In this document: piece by piece, positions 41,701 through 51,807 of the stretch
Numbering within the stretch: the first letter of the stretch is position 1
Layout: each line of letters opens with the position of its first letter
From: Acidobacteriota bacterium
GTDB taxonomy: Bacteria > Acidobacteriota > Vicinamibacteria > Vicinamibacterales > UBA2999
Assembly (NCBI GenBank): GCA_027622905.1
Contig: JAQBVV010000002.1
Coordinates: 1-60,731 of the forward strand
Reading direction: 5' to 3'
DNA length: 60,731 nt
Position numbers and translations under genes: made by a program
The notes under the pieces: generated by a model
Databases searched by the model: none
Told to the model about the DNA's origin: nothing
The model's input: only the letters and a program-made list of their open reading frames with translations

Positions 41701-41854
41701 CGATATACACCGCCTGCACCGAGACTGTCGGGGGTGCGACATCCGGATACTGAGAGATCGGCATCGTCGGAATCGTCAGGGCGCCGGCCAGGACGATCAC
41801 GAGCGAGCAGACGCTCGCAAGGATGGGGCGCTTGATGAAGGTTTCTACGAACAC
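38726..41854 (-). CDS. RND efflux transporter permease (AcrB/HAE1 family)
   Basis: 1042 aa. N-terminus FIKRPILASVCSLVIVLAG, 12-TM/two large periplasmic loops architecture, conserved VVDDAIVVIENI. Confidence 0.95.
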   Translation of the reverse strand: MFVETFIKRPILASVCSLVIVLAGALTIPTMPISQYPDVAPPTVSVQAVYIGANAETVETAVTTPLEQAINGVEGMLYMSSASTNSGVSQITITFDVTRDQDLAVVDVQNRVNQALGRLPVEVRQTGITVQKAATNFILAAGVYAEGGEYDSLFLSNYLDVFVKDTLKRVPGVADVLIFGERKYSMRLWLDPLRLAARSLTAGDVVNALREQNVNIAAGSVGDSPARDGQTYQMSVRAAGRLTEPSEFDDIIIRGGSGAALVRLSDVGRAELGAETYSSTLRFQGIEALGFAVIGLPTANALDVREGVGVALERLSASFPPGMTYRVAFDTTTVVEESINEVVWTLLEAIGLVVIVMFLFLQNWRATLIPALTIPVSLVGAFAFANLLDFSINTLTLFAIVLATGIVVDDAIVVIENIERHIQDFGLSPPEAALDAMREVFSAVIATSLVLIAVFVPVAFFPGTTGRLYQQFALTIAFSVAISSFNAVTLTPALSALMLKHATLGQGRFFGGIERVIQGGTRFYVRVISGLMRFRWATIVVFVGLLGLSYSVYTRVPQAFLPEEDPGYFMVLIQAPPGASLEYTTNVIIEAEQVMASIPEVESVFSVSGFSFAGSAPNSGMIFTLLKPFEERLTPESSLQGLLPRVRGMLFGIQSGLVIAFAPPSINGLGTFGGFTMEVLDQSGAGDIQNLSSSTQALIAATQESSVVTGLFSGFTANDPQLAVDIDRERAQSLGLPIGEITSAMQIYLGSAYVNDFNFNNRAYRVYVQADRAYRSDPQDLEQYYARTVTGDMVPLSTVVSVRETTAPQVISHFNMFRSAQLNGAAAPGASSGEALAEMERLADASLPQGFGYAWSGVSLEEIQAGGQSFAIFGIGLLLVYLTLAAQYESLVLPFIVLLGVPMAVLGALSAQWARGLQNDLYCQIGLVLLVGLAAKNAILIVEFAEQMRAKGMPLVEAAIEAARIRLRPILMTSLAFILGVMPLVFATGAGQEGRHSVGTTVVGGMFFATFLNVLFVPVLYVIVRTLFPGKRQARREAAAHA

Positions 41855-41884
41855 GGCACGTGGTTCTCGGTCGCGATCGCGGGT

Positions 41885-42982
41885 CTACGAGGGTTGCACG
41901 GGCGCTCCGTCGCCAAGTTTCTGGACGTTCGACACGATCACCCGGTCGCCCGCAGCGAGTCCACCCTGCACGATATAGTCGTCTCCGGCAAGCGCCCCCA
42001 GCGTGACGGGGGTCTGCCGCGCGACAACGCCGTCTTCCGTCTGTTCCGCGACAAAGACAAAGTACTGGCCGGCAAGACGGCTGACGGCGATGACCGGAAC
42101 GGTCAGCGTTGGCTCGTTGCTCCAGACAATTCGCGCACGCACGTACTGCTTGACGCGGAAACCGACCGGGAGCTGGCGAAGGGCGGCTTTGACCAGCACC
42201 GACTGCGTGGCGTCGTCCGCGCGAGAGGCGATGAAGCTGATCGGATTCGACGAAACGACCTCTCCGTCGGCATTCAACAGCTCCACGAGCAGGCCCGGGG
42301 TGAGTGCCGTCGCGCGCTCGACCGGTACGTAAATGTACGCTTCAAGCCCGGCCGACTCATCGATCGTCGTGATCGTTGTTGAGGGTGTGACCCGGTCCCC
42401 TTGCCGGACGATGATGTCGCCGGCCACGCCAGCGCTCGGCGCGGTCACACGGTAATACTCGAGTTCAACCTGATTCTCTCGAATCTGCGAGCGTACCGAT
42501 TCCAGCTGCGCCTCGGCGTTCGCGTGCGTCGTCTCAGCCTGCTCAAGCTCCACGAGGCTCACCGCCCCGGCCGCATACAGCTTCTGCAGACGCGCCAACT
42601 GCTGACTCGCGTACGCCAGGTCTGCGTCGCGCGATGCCCGTTGAGATTCGGTGACGGTGTTGGTCGCCTGCTGCTTGTCCGGGTCGATCTGAATCAGGGG
42701 CTGTCCGACGGCAACGCGATCGCCGGCTCGAACCATGACCTGGCGGACGATCCCCTCGACCTGCGGCTGCACGGTGGTTGACCGCAGCGATTGGATCGTG
42801 GCCACGAACTCCGATGCGTCGGCGACCGGCTGTGGAGTGAGCGTCAGCGTGTCGACCGCCATGGGTGGGAACGCACCCGCTCCCCCCGGGGGAGCGCCGG
42901 TTGGACCACCGCCGCAGGCGGAGGCGACGACGGATATCGTGAACAGGATGATGATGTGCGAGCGGAACATGCGAGGCTTCAT
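41885..42982 (-). CDS. RND periplasmic adaptor (membrane fusion protein)
   Basis: Lipoprotein-like N-terminus (VVASAC), coiled-coil hairpin region, beta-barrel C-terminus. Sits upstream of the RND pump. Confidence 0.85.
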   Translation of the reverse strand: MKPRMFRSHIIILFTISVVASACGGGPTGAPPGGAGAFPPMAVDTLTLTPQPVADASEFVATIQSLRSTTVQPQVEGIVRQVMVRAGDRVAVGQPLIQIDPDKQQATNTVTESQRASRDADLAYASQQLARLQKLYAAGAVSLVELEQAETTHANAEAQLESVRSQIRENQVELEYYRVTAPSAGVAGDIIVRQGDRVTPSTTITTIDESAGLEAYIYVPVERATALTPGLLVELLNADGEVVSSNPISFIASRADDATQSVLVKAALRQLPVGFRVKQYVRARIVWSNEPTLTVPVIAVSRLAGQYFVFVAEQTEDGVVARQTPVTLGALAGDDYIVQGGLAAGDRVIVSNVQKLGDGAPVQPS

Positions 42983-43186
42983 CTCGGTTGCGTCGGGATC
43001 GTACCGGTCGACACGTATTCAAGGTGTCGAGATGGACCTCTCACTATAACCCGTTGGCCTCGGCCTCATGGGTGACGCCGGGCCGGGAAGTGTCTCGGTG
43101 AGGGATGGGACGCCGCCCGGGGCCGATAACGCTGGCGCGAACAGATGCGGCGCCGTGGCTGGCATGAGCCATGCGTAGTGACGAGC

Positions 43187-43909
43187 ATGATTCGCGAGCA
43201 GGCTCGGTATCCGGACGGGACGGCACGCGTCGGTTGTCACCGCTATCTCGTTGTCCTGCCCACGGTTCACCGATCGAATCCCTCCCAGCGGGACCTGATC
43301 GTCGAAGGCATCCTGCGGCAACTTCGACAGTGCGCTCTGGAACACCACTTTGCAATTCACGCGTACCGTTTCACGGCCGGAGAGGTCACGCTCCTGCTGG
43401 AGGGACTTTCCCGCTCGTCGGCGCTTCGTCGCGTGATCCGCGACTGGAAGCGGCGAACGACCCTCGACTATCGGCGGGCGACGGGCAGGGACTTGTGGCA
43501 CCGGGGACATGTCGATCAAGTTCTGGACGTCAGCGCTCGTACGGCCGACGTGGCGCGGGATGTCCTGCGTGGACCGGTTCACGCCGCCTTCGAGGCACAG
43601 GTCGCCGAGTGCCGATACGCGTGCTCAGACGCCGGCGCGGACTCCGGCTCAGGCGCCGGCTCAGACGCCGGTGCGCGCCGTCCGGACGTCAGGCAGGACG
43701 ACATCGTCGCCGCCGCCGGGTTCGGGGAGGGTGCAACGGGGCGGCACCGATGTTACGCTTCGTCTCATGGTTCACTGTCTTCGTGTGATGGTCATGACGG
43801 CCTTGCTCGCGACTGCCGCGGTCGCGCAAGAGATCCAGGAGATCCCGGGAGAAGGCGACCTTCTGTCGAGAGTTCGGCGGCTCACCGTCGAGGGCCGACG
43901 CGCCGGTGA
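43187..43909 (+). CDS. IS200/RAYT-like (Y1 HUH-fold) protein with degenerate catalytic motifs; C-terminus uncertain
   Basis: The segment ...HRYLVVLPTV...FAIHAYRFTAGEVTLLLEG...RDLWHRGHVDQVL...VLRGPVHA is collinear with REP-associated tyrosine transposase / IS200 Y1 domains. However, the HUH position reads G-E-V-T and the Tyr-helix reads HRGHVD. The 3' 140 nt overlap the next gene. Confidence 0.45.
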   Translation: MIREQARYPDGTARVGCHRYLVVLPTVHRSNPSQRDLIVEGILRQLRQCALEHHFAIHAYRFTAGEVTLLLEGLSRSSALRRVIRDWKRRTTLDYRRATGRDLWHRGHVDQVLDVSARTADVARDVLRGPVHAAFEAQVAECRYACSDAGADSGSGAGSDAGARRPDVRQDDIVAAAGFGEGATGRHRCYASSHGSLSSCDGHDGLARDCRGRARDPGDPGRRRPSVESSAAHRRGPTRR

Positions 43910-44862
43910 GGGCTATTGGGCTCCGGACGGCCGGCGCCTGGTGTTTCAGAGTGAGCGCGAGCCGGGCAATCCCTTCTATCAGATTTACGCGCTCGATTTC
44001 GCGACCGGCGACACGAAGCGGATCTCGCCGGGCCACGGCAAGACCACGTGCGCCTTTTTCCGTCCCGGTAGCGATCAGATTCTCTTCGCCTCGACGCATC
44101 ACGACCCGGAGTCGCGGAGCCTTCAGCAGGCGGAGCTGGACTTTCGGGCCTCAGGCCAGGAGCGTCGCTATGCCTGGGACTACGATCCGGAATTACGCGG
44201 CCTCCGAGGGTACCGGGGACTTGACGAGGCTCACCGACGCGAGGGGCTACGATGCGGAAGCCAGCTATTCTCCCGACGGCGAGTGGATCGTGTTTTCGTC
44301 GATGCGCGACGCCTACGGTCGGACGCTGACGGCGTCGGAGCAGCGCCAGCTTGATATCGATCCCAGCTACTTCGCCGAGATCTACATCATGCGTGCCGAT
44401 GGTTCGGATCAGCGTCGTCTCACCGACGTGGTTGGCTATGACGGCGGACCGTTCTTTTCGCCGGACGGCACACAGATCGTGTGGCGTCGATTCGACGCCG
44501 AGGGCCTCATCGCCGATGTCTGGATGATGCAGCCGGACGGCACCGACGCCAGGCAGATTACCGACTTCGCCGCGATGAGCTGGGCGCCCTATATTCACCC
44601 CTCCGGGGAATACCTGCTGTTTGCGTCGAACAAGCTGGGCTTCGAAAATTTCGAGGTCTACATGGTCGACGTCGGCGGGACGAAGGAGCCTGTCCGCGTC
44701 ACCTACTCCGACGGTTTCGATGGTCTGCCGGTGCCTTCGCCGGACGGTACGCGCCTGGCGTGGACGTCGAGCAGGGGCGGGGGGCGCGAGGGACAGCTGT
44801 TTCTCGCGGATTGGAATCATGAAGGCGCGCTCGCGGCTCTGCGATCGGCGCCGCTTCGCTGA
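43767..44862 (+). pseudogene. TolB-like PD40 beta-propeller protein, frameshifted near 44193
   Basis: Frame 1 (43767-~44192) reads signal peptide ...YWAPDGRRLVFQSER...YAWDYDPE. Frame +1 (from ~44194) continues YAASEGTGDLTRLTDARGYDAEASYSPDGEWIVFSS... with further PD40 repeats to 44862. The two halves form one continuous protein only if a frame shift is allowed at GAA-T-TAC. Confidence 0.7.
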
Positions 44863-44891
44863 ACGTGGTGTTGTCCCGGGAGAGGCTGTCC

Positions 44892-46769
44892 ATGACACAT
44901 GGGAAATTCGTTGGTCTTGTCGCGACGCTCGGCATCGTGTGCGGTGGACTCGGCCACGCGCAGGTGGGGTCGGAGTCGTCGACCAGAGCCCACGTCGAGT
45001 TTCTGGCCTCCGATGCGCTAGAGGGACGTGAGGCCGGCTCCGCCGGCGAGCAGCGAGCCGCCGACTACCTGACCTCGGAGCTGTCACGCATCGGTGCGGT
45101 GCCGTTGCCGGGGCGTAGCGATCTGCTCATGCCGTTCGACTTCACCGGCGGGAGTCGCGACGGCGGGTCGAGCCTCACCCTCAGCACTGCCCTGGCGGGT
45201 GACCGCTCGTTCGTCGAACCGGCGGAGATTCGCGCGCTGTCCTTCTCCGATGATGCCGACGTGACCGGGCCGGTGGTCTTCGCCGGCTACGGTCTCGTGG
45301 TGCCGGAATCGCAGAACATCGGTTACGACAGCTACGCCACGCTCGACGTCCAGGACAAGATCGTCGTCGTCCTGCGCTATTTTCCGGAGGACGCGGATCA
45401 GCAGACGCGAGCGGTCCTGGCGCGCTACGCGGATCTCCGCTACAAGGCGATGGCGGCCCGCCAGCGCGGCGCTCGCGCGCTGCTGGTCGTGACCGGACCA
45501 CGTTCGCCGAACGCCGGTGAACTGGTACCCATGACCTTCGATACGGCAATTGCTGGCTCCGGTATTCCGGCCGCCAGTATCAGTGGAGCCGTGGCGGACG
45601 CGCTCTTTGCGTCGGCCGCGATCGGTGCCCCAGGCGCCGCCACGAGTCCGCAGTCGTCCGGCGGTACGGGGTCTCCGAGCGCCCTCCGGGACGCGCAGGA
45701 GGCCCTCGATGCGGGCAACCCACATGTCGCCGGCTTCGACCTTCCTGGCGTCACGCTGTCGCTGAAGACGGCCGTCGTGCGCGAACGTAAGACGGCTCGT
45801 AATGTGCTGGCGTATCTGCCCGCGACGGTGGGTGCGGAGGCTGTCGAGAAGCCGTGGGTCGTCATCGGCGCCCACTACGACCACCTCGGCCGTGGTGGCA
45901 AGGGCAACTCGCTGGCCTCGCAGGATGAGGCCCACGCGATTCATCACGGCGCTGACGACAATGCCTCTGGCACCGCTGCCGTCCTGGCGATCGCCGCGTC
46001 GTTGTCCGAGCGCCCGCGCGGCCGCCACGTGCTCATCGCGCTGTGGTCGGCGGAAGAGATCGGCCTTGTCGGATCCAATGCGTTCGCCACGGCGCCTCCA
46101 GTGCCGCTCGACGAGATCGCCGCCTACCTCAACTTCGACATGGTGGGTCGGATGCAGGACAACAGGCTCATCGTCCAGGCGACCGGCACGAGTCCGTCGT
46201 GGGGACGGGTGCTTGAGCGCGCGAACGTGGCTGCCGGGTTCAATCTTGTCGTGCAGCCGGACCCATACCAGCCGACCGACGTGGCGACCTTCAATCAGGT
46301 GGAGGTGCCAAGTCTGGCGTTCTTCACCGGGTCGCATGAGGATTATCACAAGCCGTCGGACACGGCCGCTCGAATCAATTTCGAGGATCTCGACCGGGTC
46401 GTGGGGATGGCGACGGCCGTCGTGCGTTCCATTGGCGACACCATCGAGGCGCCGCAGTTCACGAAAGTCGATCAGCCCGTATCCCGAGGGAGCGTCGCGG
46501 GACTGCGGGTGACAACCGGCACGATTCCTGACTACGCAAGCGACGCGGAGGGTCTGTTGCTGGGAGGCGTCACCGGGGGCGGCCCGGCTGAACGCGCGGG
46601 CCTGACGAAAGGCGATCTGATCGTTGAGATTGCCGGCCAGACGATCGCCAACATTTACGACTACACGTATGCGCTCGAGTTGCTCCGGGCCGACCAGCCG
46701 GTTCGGGTGGTGTACGTCCGGAATGGCGATCGCCTCGAAACGACCCTGACTCCGGTCGCTCGCCGCTGA
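44892..46769 (+). CDS. M28-family aminopeptidase with PA domain and C-terminal PDZ domain
   Basis: Signal peptide. M28 zinc ligand regions (GAHYDHLG, DDNASGTAAV, EEIGLVGS). C-terminal PDZ-like GLTKGDLIVEIAGQTI. Confidence 0.85.
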   Translation: MTHGKFVGLVATLGIVCGGLGHAQVGSESSTRAHVEFLASDALEGREAGSAGEQRAADYLTSELSRIGAVPLPGRSDLLMPFDFTGGSRDGGSSLTLSTALAGDRSFVEPAEIRALSFSDDADVTGPVVFAGYGLVVPESQNIGYDSYATLDVQDKIVVVLRYFPEDADQQTRAVLARYADLRYKAMAARQRGARALLVVTGPRSPNAGELVPMTFDTAIAGSGIPAASISGAVADALFASAAIGAPGAATSPQSSGGTGSPSALRDAQEALDAGNPHVAGFDLPGVTLSLKTAVVRERKTARNVLAYLPATVGAEAVEKPWVVIGAHYDHLGRGGKGNSLASQDEAHAIHHGADDNASGTAAVLAIAASLSERPRGRHVLIALWSAEEIGLVGSNAFATAPPVPLDEIAAYLNFDMVGRMQDNRLIVQATGTSPSWGRVLERANVAAGFNLVVQPDPYQPTDVATFNQVEVPSLAFFTGSHEDYHKPSDTAARINFEDLDRVVGMATAVVRSIGDTIEAPQFTKVDQPVSRGSVAGLRVTTGTIPDYASDAEGLLLGGVTGGGPAERAGLTKGDLIVEIAGQTIANIYDYTYALELLRADQPVRVVYVRNGDRLETTLTPVARR

Positions 46770-46786
46770 ACGCGGTTACCGCGTTC
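46768..46786. terminator. Putative bidirectional stem-loop between convergent genes
   Basis: GAACGCGG-TTA-CCGCGTTC has an 8-bp perfect stem. The loop TTA is the reverse-strand TAA stop of the TerC gene. The 5' arm overlaps the TGA of the peptidase gene. No strong U-tract. Confidence 0.35.
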
Positions 46787-47540
46787 GGTCGTCTTTCATG
46801 GAGGCGGTATCGGCGCTAAGGATGTCCTCCGCCTTCTCGGCCAGAGGATCTGCCGCCACCGGGCCTTCGATCCGCGCCCGGATCAATGCCACAGCGAAGA
46901 TCACGACGATGACTCCGAGCGATAGCCACCTCGGTATCTCGAAGTGCATGTAGCCGGCGGCATGGAGGTACTCAAGCACCAGCTTGAGCCCGACCCAGGC
47001 GATGATCACGAAGGCCCCGTCAACGAGCGTCGGATAGCGATTGACGAGCACGAGCAACTGGCCAATGACGAGGCGCATGGCGATCACCCCGAAGATCCCG
47101 CCTGTGATGATGACCCAGAGCTTGTCGGACATCGCGACTGCCACGAGAATCGAGTCGACGGCGAAGACGATATCGGTCAGTTCGACTTTCACGACCGTGG
47201 ACCAGAACGGCGACATTCCAAGCCATGGCCTGGCCTTCTTTGGACTCCGGCGCGCGGCTGCGTCTTCGTGCCCGGTGAAGTGCGCGTACGGGAGCCACAG
47301 GAGATAGGCTGCCCCGATCAGCATGATGAACTGAAGCTGAATCAGATACACGGCCAGCACGATCGCGGTCACCCGGAACGCGAAGGCACCGACGATGCCG
47401 TATCGAAGGGCCTTGCGCTGCTCGGCCTTCGGGAGGCCCAGCACCAGCACCGCGAGCACCATCGCGTTGTCCGCGCTGAGCAGGCCTTCAAGCGCGACCA
47501 GCAGCCCGACGGTGACGAGATCGGTTACCTGAATATCCAA
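46776..47540 (-). CDS. TerC-family integral membrane protein
   Basis: Signature EGLLSADNAMVLAVL and a second repeat (DSILVAVAM). A TTG start at 47540 is proposed, giving MDIQVTDLVTVGLL. The ORF is open to 47699, but that extension is non-hydrophobic and overlaps the hspR promoter region. Confidence 0.7.
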   Translation of the reverse strand: MDIQVTDLVTVGLLVALEGLLSADNAMVLAVLVLGLPKAEQRKALRYGIVGAFAFRVTAIVLAVYLIQLQFIMLIGAAYLLWLPYAHFTGHEDAAARRSPKKARPWLGMSPFWSTVVKVELTDIVFAVDSILVAVAMSDKLWVIITGGIFGVIAMRLVIGQLLVLVNRYPTLVDGAFVIIAWVGLKLVLEYLHAAGYMHFEIPRWLSLGVIVVIFAVALIRARIEGPVAADPLAEKAEDILSADTASMKDDRTR

Positions 47541-47609
47541 GAGCCTGACGTATCCCCTGGCGTGATCCACGGCCCGCGACGCGTGGCCGCATGGACGATC
47601 ACGTCCAAA

Positions 47610-47630
47610 CTTGATATGATGTGTGTCAAG
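47610..47630. promoter_or_regulatory. HAIR-like inverted repeat (putative HspR operator)
   Basis: CTTGATA-N7-TGTCAAG lies 40 bp upstream of the hspR GTG. It resembles the HspR-associated inverted repeat consensus CTTGAGT-N7-ACTCAAG. Confidence 0.5.
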
Positions 47631-47670
47631 TTGGTCTGGTGCGGCATGTCGCTGACGGACGGTAACTGAC

Positions 47671-48009
47671 GTGGAAGAAGAACTGTACTTCATCAGCATA
47701 GCGGCGGAGATGCTCGGAATGCATCCGCAGACTCTTCGGAAGTACGAGCGTCTGGGGTTGATTCAGCCAGCTCGAACGACCGGAAGCATGCGGCGGTACT
47801 CACGGGAGGAACTCAGGCGACTGCGCCTCATCAAGCATCTCGTTGATGAGGTCGGCGTCAACCTTGCCGGCGTGCAGCGGTTGCTGGTGGTGGTGGAAGT
47901 CATGGAGCGCATCCGGCCGCTGATGGACGAGGACGCGCTCAACACAGGAACTGGCCGCCGACAGTTGCTCCGCGAGATGGACAGGCTGCACAAGGCGGTT
48001 GGCCTATGA
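47671..48009 (+). CDS. hspR: MerR-family heat-shock repressor HspR
   Basis: MerR HTH YFISIAAEMLGMHPQTLRKYERLGLIQP...RRYS, then GVNLAGVQRLL. Followed by chaperone genes. Confidence 0.8.
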   Translation: MEEELYFISIAAEMLGMHPQTLRKYERLGLIQPARTTGSMRRYSREELRRLRLIKHLVDEVGVNLAGVQRLLVVVEVMERIRPLMDEDALNTGTGRRQLLREMDRLHKAVGL

Positions 48010-48071
48010 ACATCCGGCGAGGGTGGCTGTGGTGCGGGGCGACACACCTGTTGGTAAGTGGCTAGAGGACG

Positions 48072-49085
48072 ATGGAATTCAGGGACTACTACGCGACGCT
48101 TGGCGTGAACAAGGGCTCGACCGAGAAGGACATCAAGCAGGCCTTCAGAAAGTTCGCCCGCAAGCATCACCCGGACCTCAACCCGGGCGATACGAAGGCG
48201 GAGGCGCGCTTCAAGGAGGTCAACGAAGCCTACGAGGTCCTCGGCGATCCAGCCAAGCGCAAGAAATACGACGAGCTGGGTGCCAACTGGCGCATGTACG
48301 AACAGGCGGAGGCCCAGGGCGGCCCGAACCCGTTTACTGGCCGATGGCAGGCCGGTGGCGGAGCCGCGGGTGCCAGGGGCGGAAGTGGTCCCCGGTCGAT
48401 GACGCCGGAGGAGATGGCCGCCATGTTTGGTGACGCCCATCCCTTCTCCGACTTCTTCACGACGTTTTTCGGTGGCGAGGACCCCAACCGTCCGGGCGGG
48501 CGTCCAGGGGCACGTGGCCGCGCCCGCCAGCGCCCCGGCCGCGATTCCGAGCACGAGATCGACCTGACGCTCCAGGACGCGTACAACGGCACAACGCAGC
48601 GTCTGTCGTTGACGCACGACGGGCACGTACGAACGGTGGATGTTCGCATTCCTGCCGGGGTGAATGATGGTTCCCGCGTCCGCGTTGCCGGAGAGGGCGA
48701 ACAGGGTATCGGCGGTGCCGAGGCCGGGGACCTGTTCCTGCGAGTACGGCTTCAGCGGCATCCGGACTTCGAGCGCAAGGGCCGCGATCTGCACGTGAAA
48801 GTGACCCTGCCTGTGGCGACGGCGGTCCTCGGCGGCGAAGCCGACGTCCGATCGCTCGCGGGCAAGCCGGTGCGCCTGCGTGTGCCGCCGCTCACGCAGA
48901 ACGGGCAGGTGTTCCGGCTCAAGGGGTACGGTATGCCGGTCCTGGGACATGCAACGGAAAAGGGAGACCTGTACGCGCGCGTGGATATCGAGCTCCCGAC
49001 GACGATCTCCGCCGAGGAGCGTGAGCACTACGAAGCACTCGCTCGGTTGCGCGCGAGCGGGGCCAAGGCACAACCGGTCGCATGA
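48072..49085 (+). CDS. DnaJ-class co-chaperone without zinc finger (CbpA-like)
   Basis: J domain DYYATLGV...HHPDLNPGD...EAYEVLGD, a G-rich linker, C-terminal DnaJ_C repeats. No CxxCxGxG repeats. Confidence 0.85.
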   Translation: MEFRDYYATLGVNKGSTEKDIKQAFRKFARKHHPDLNPGDTKAEARFKEVNEAYEVLGDPAKRKKYDELGANWRMYEQAEAQGGPNPFTGRWQAGGGAAGARGGSGPRSMTPEEMAAMFGDAHPFSDFFTTFFGGEDPNRPGGRPGARGRARQRPGRDSEHEIDLTLQDAYNGTTQRLSLTHDGHVRTVDVRIPAGVNDGSRVRVAGEGEQGIGGAEAGDLFLRVRLQRHPDFERKGRDLHVKVTLPVATAVLGGEADVRSLAGKPVRLRVPPLTQNGQVFRLKGYGMPVLGHATEKGDLYARVDIELPTTISAEEREHYEALARLRASGAKAQPVA

Positions 49086-49176
49086 GGATCGAGTCGGCTT
49101 CGCGTCGGCAGGGCTGGGGAGATGGACGAAGGACGAGCCAGGACACTGGCCGTCCACATGCTGGAGGGCTAGCGAT

Positions 49177-49617
49177 ATGAACCTGAACAAATTCACTGAA
49201 AAGGCGCAGGAGGCGGTTGTCGCCGCGCAACAGCTCGCCAGCGAATGGAGCCATGCCGAGGTCACTCCCGAACATCTCCTCGTCGCATTGGTCGAGCAAT
49301 CCGGGGGCATCGTTCCGTCCGTGCTGCGAAAGTTGACGGTGGAGCCGTCGCAGGTTGCGTCGGACGTGCGGAAGCAGCTCGAGGCGCTCCCCAAGACCCG
49401 TGGCGGGGACCTGCGCTTTTCGCCGCGGATGAAATTGATCTTCGACTCGGCTGAGGCTGAAGCCAAGCGCCTGCAGGACGAGTACGTCAGTACCGAGCAT
49501 CTGCTGCTGGCAGTGGCCACCGAGGCCGGACGTTCGCCCGGCGCTCAGCTTCTCCAGGAACGAGGGGCGACGAAGGACGCGCTCTACGGTGGGCTGACGC
49601 AGGTGCGGGGAAACTAG
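49177..49617 (+). CDS. clpB: ClpB N-terminal (Clp_N repeat) domain, terminated by in-frame TAG
   Basis: MNLNKFTEKAQEAVVAAQQLA...EHLLVALVEQ...STEHLLLAV is the double Clp_N repeat. SD GGAGGG lies 8 nt upstream. The ORF ends ...QVRGN-TAG at 49615-49617. Confidence 0.85.
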   Translation: MNLNKFTEKAQEAVVAAQQLASEWSHAEVTPEHLLVALVEQSGGIVPSVLRKLTVEPSQVASDVRKQLEALPKTRGGDLRFSPRMKLIFDSAEAEAKRLQDEYVSTEHLLLAVATEAGRSPGAQLLQERGATKDALYGGLTQVRGN

Positions 49618-49620
49618 CGT

Positions 49621-51806
<2,186 letters not shown>

Positions 51807-51807
<1 letters not shown>

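Noticed and set aside
39893-42382. 829-aa ORF on the + strand, and similar very long ORFs at 51663-53282(-), 49687-51354(-), 43882-45087(-), 45084-46349(-), 53681-54790(-), 19377-20381(-), 29167-30147(-), 30937-31974(-) and 5483-6256(-).
   Set aside because: Each lies antisense to, or out of frame within, a gene with strong family motifs (RND pump, ftsH, clpB, M28 peptidase and others). Their translations are Arg/Gly/Pro/His-rich with no recognisable motifs, which is typical of GC-driven shadow ORFs.
43187-43909. The idea that the RAYT-like gene mobilises the E1/E2/E3 elements (a REPIN-RAYT system).
   Set aside because: The elements are flanked by duplicated TA (in CTAG), which is the footprint of DDE IS630/mariner-type transposition. 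HUH/Y1 enzymes make no target duplication, and the ORF lacks the HUH and Tyr catalytic residues. The link is kept only as a remote possibility.
47541-47670. Possible yybP-ykoY (Mn2+) riboswitch upstream of the TerC-family gene.
   Set aside because: TerC genes are often preceded by this riboswitch, but I could not find its conserved GGGGAGUAG and distal motifs. The only notable structure is the HAIR-like palindrome, which is better explained as the hspR operator, plus one short CCACG/CGTGG hairpin.
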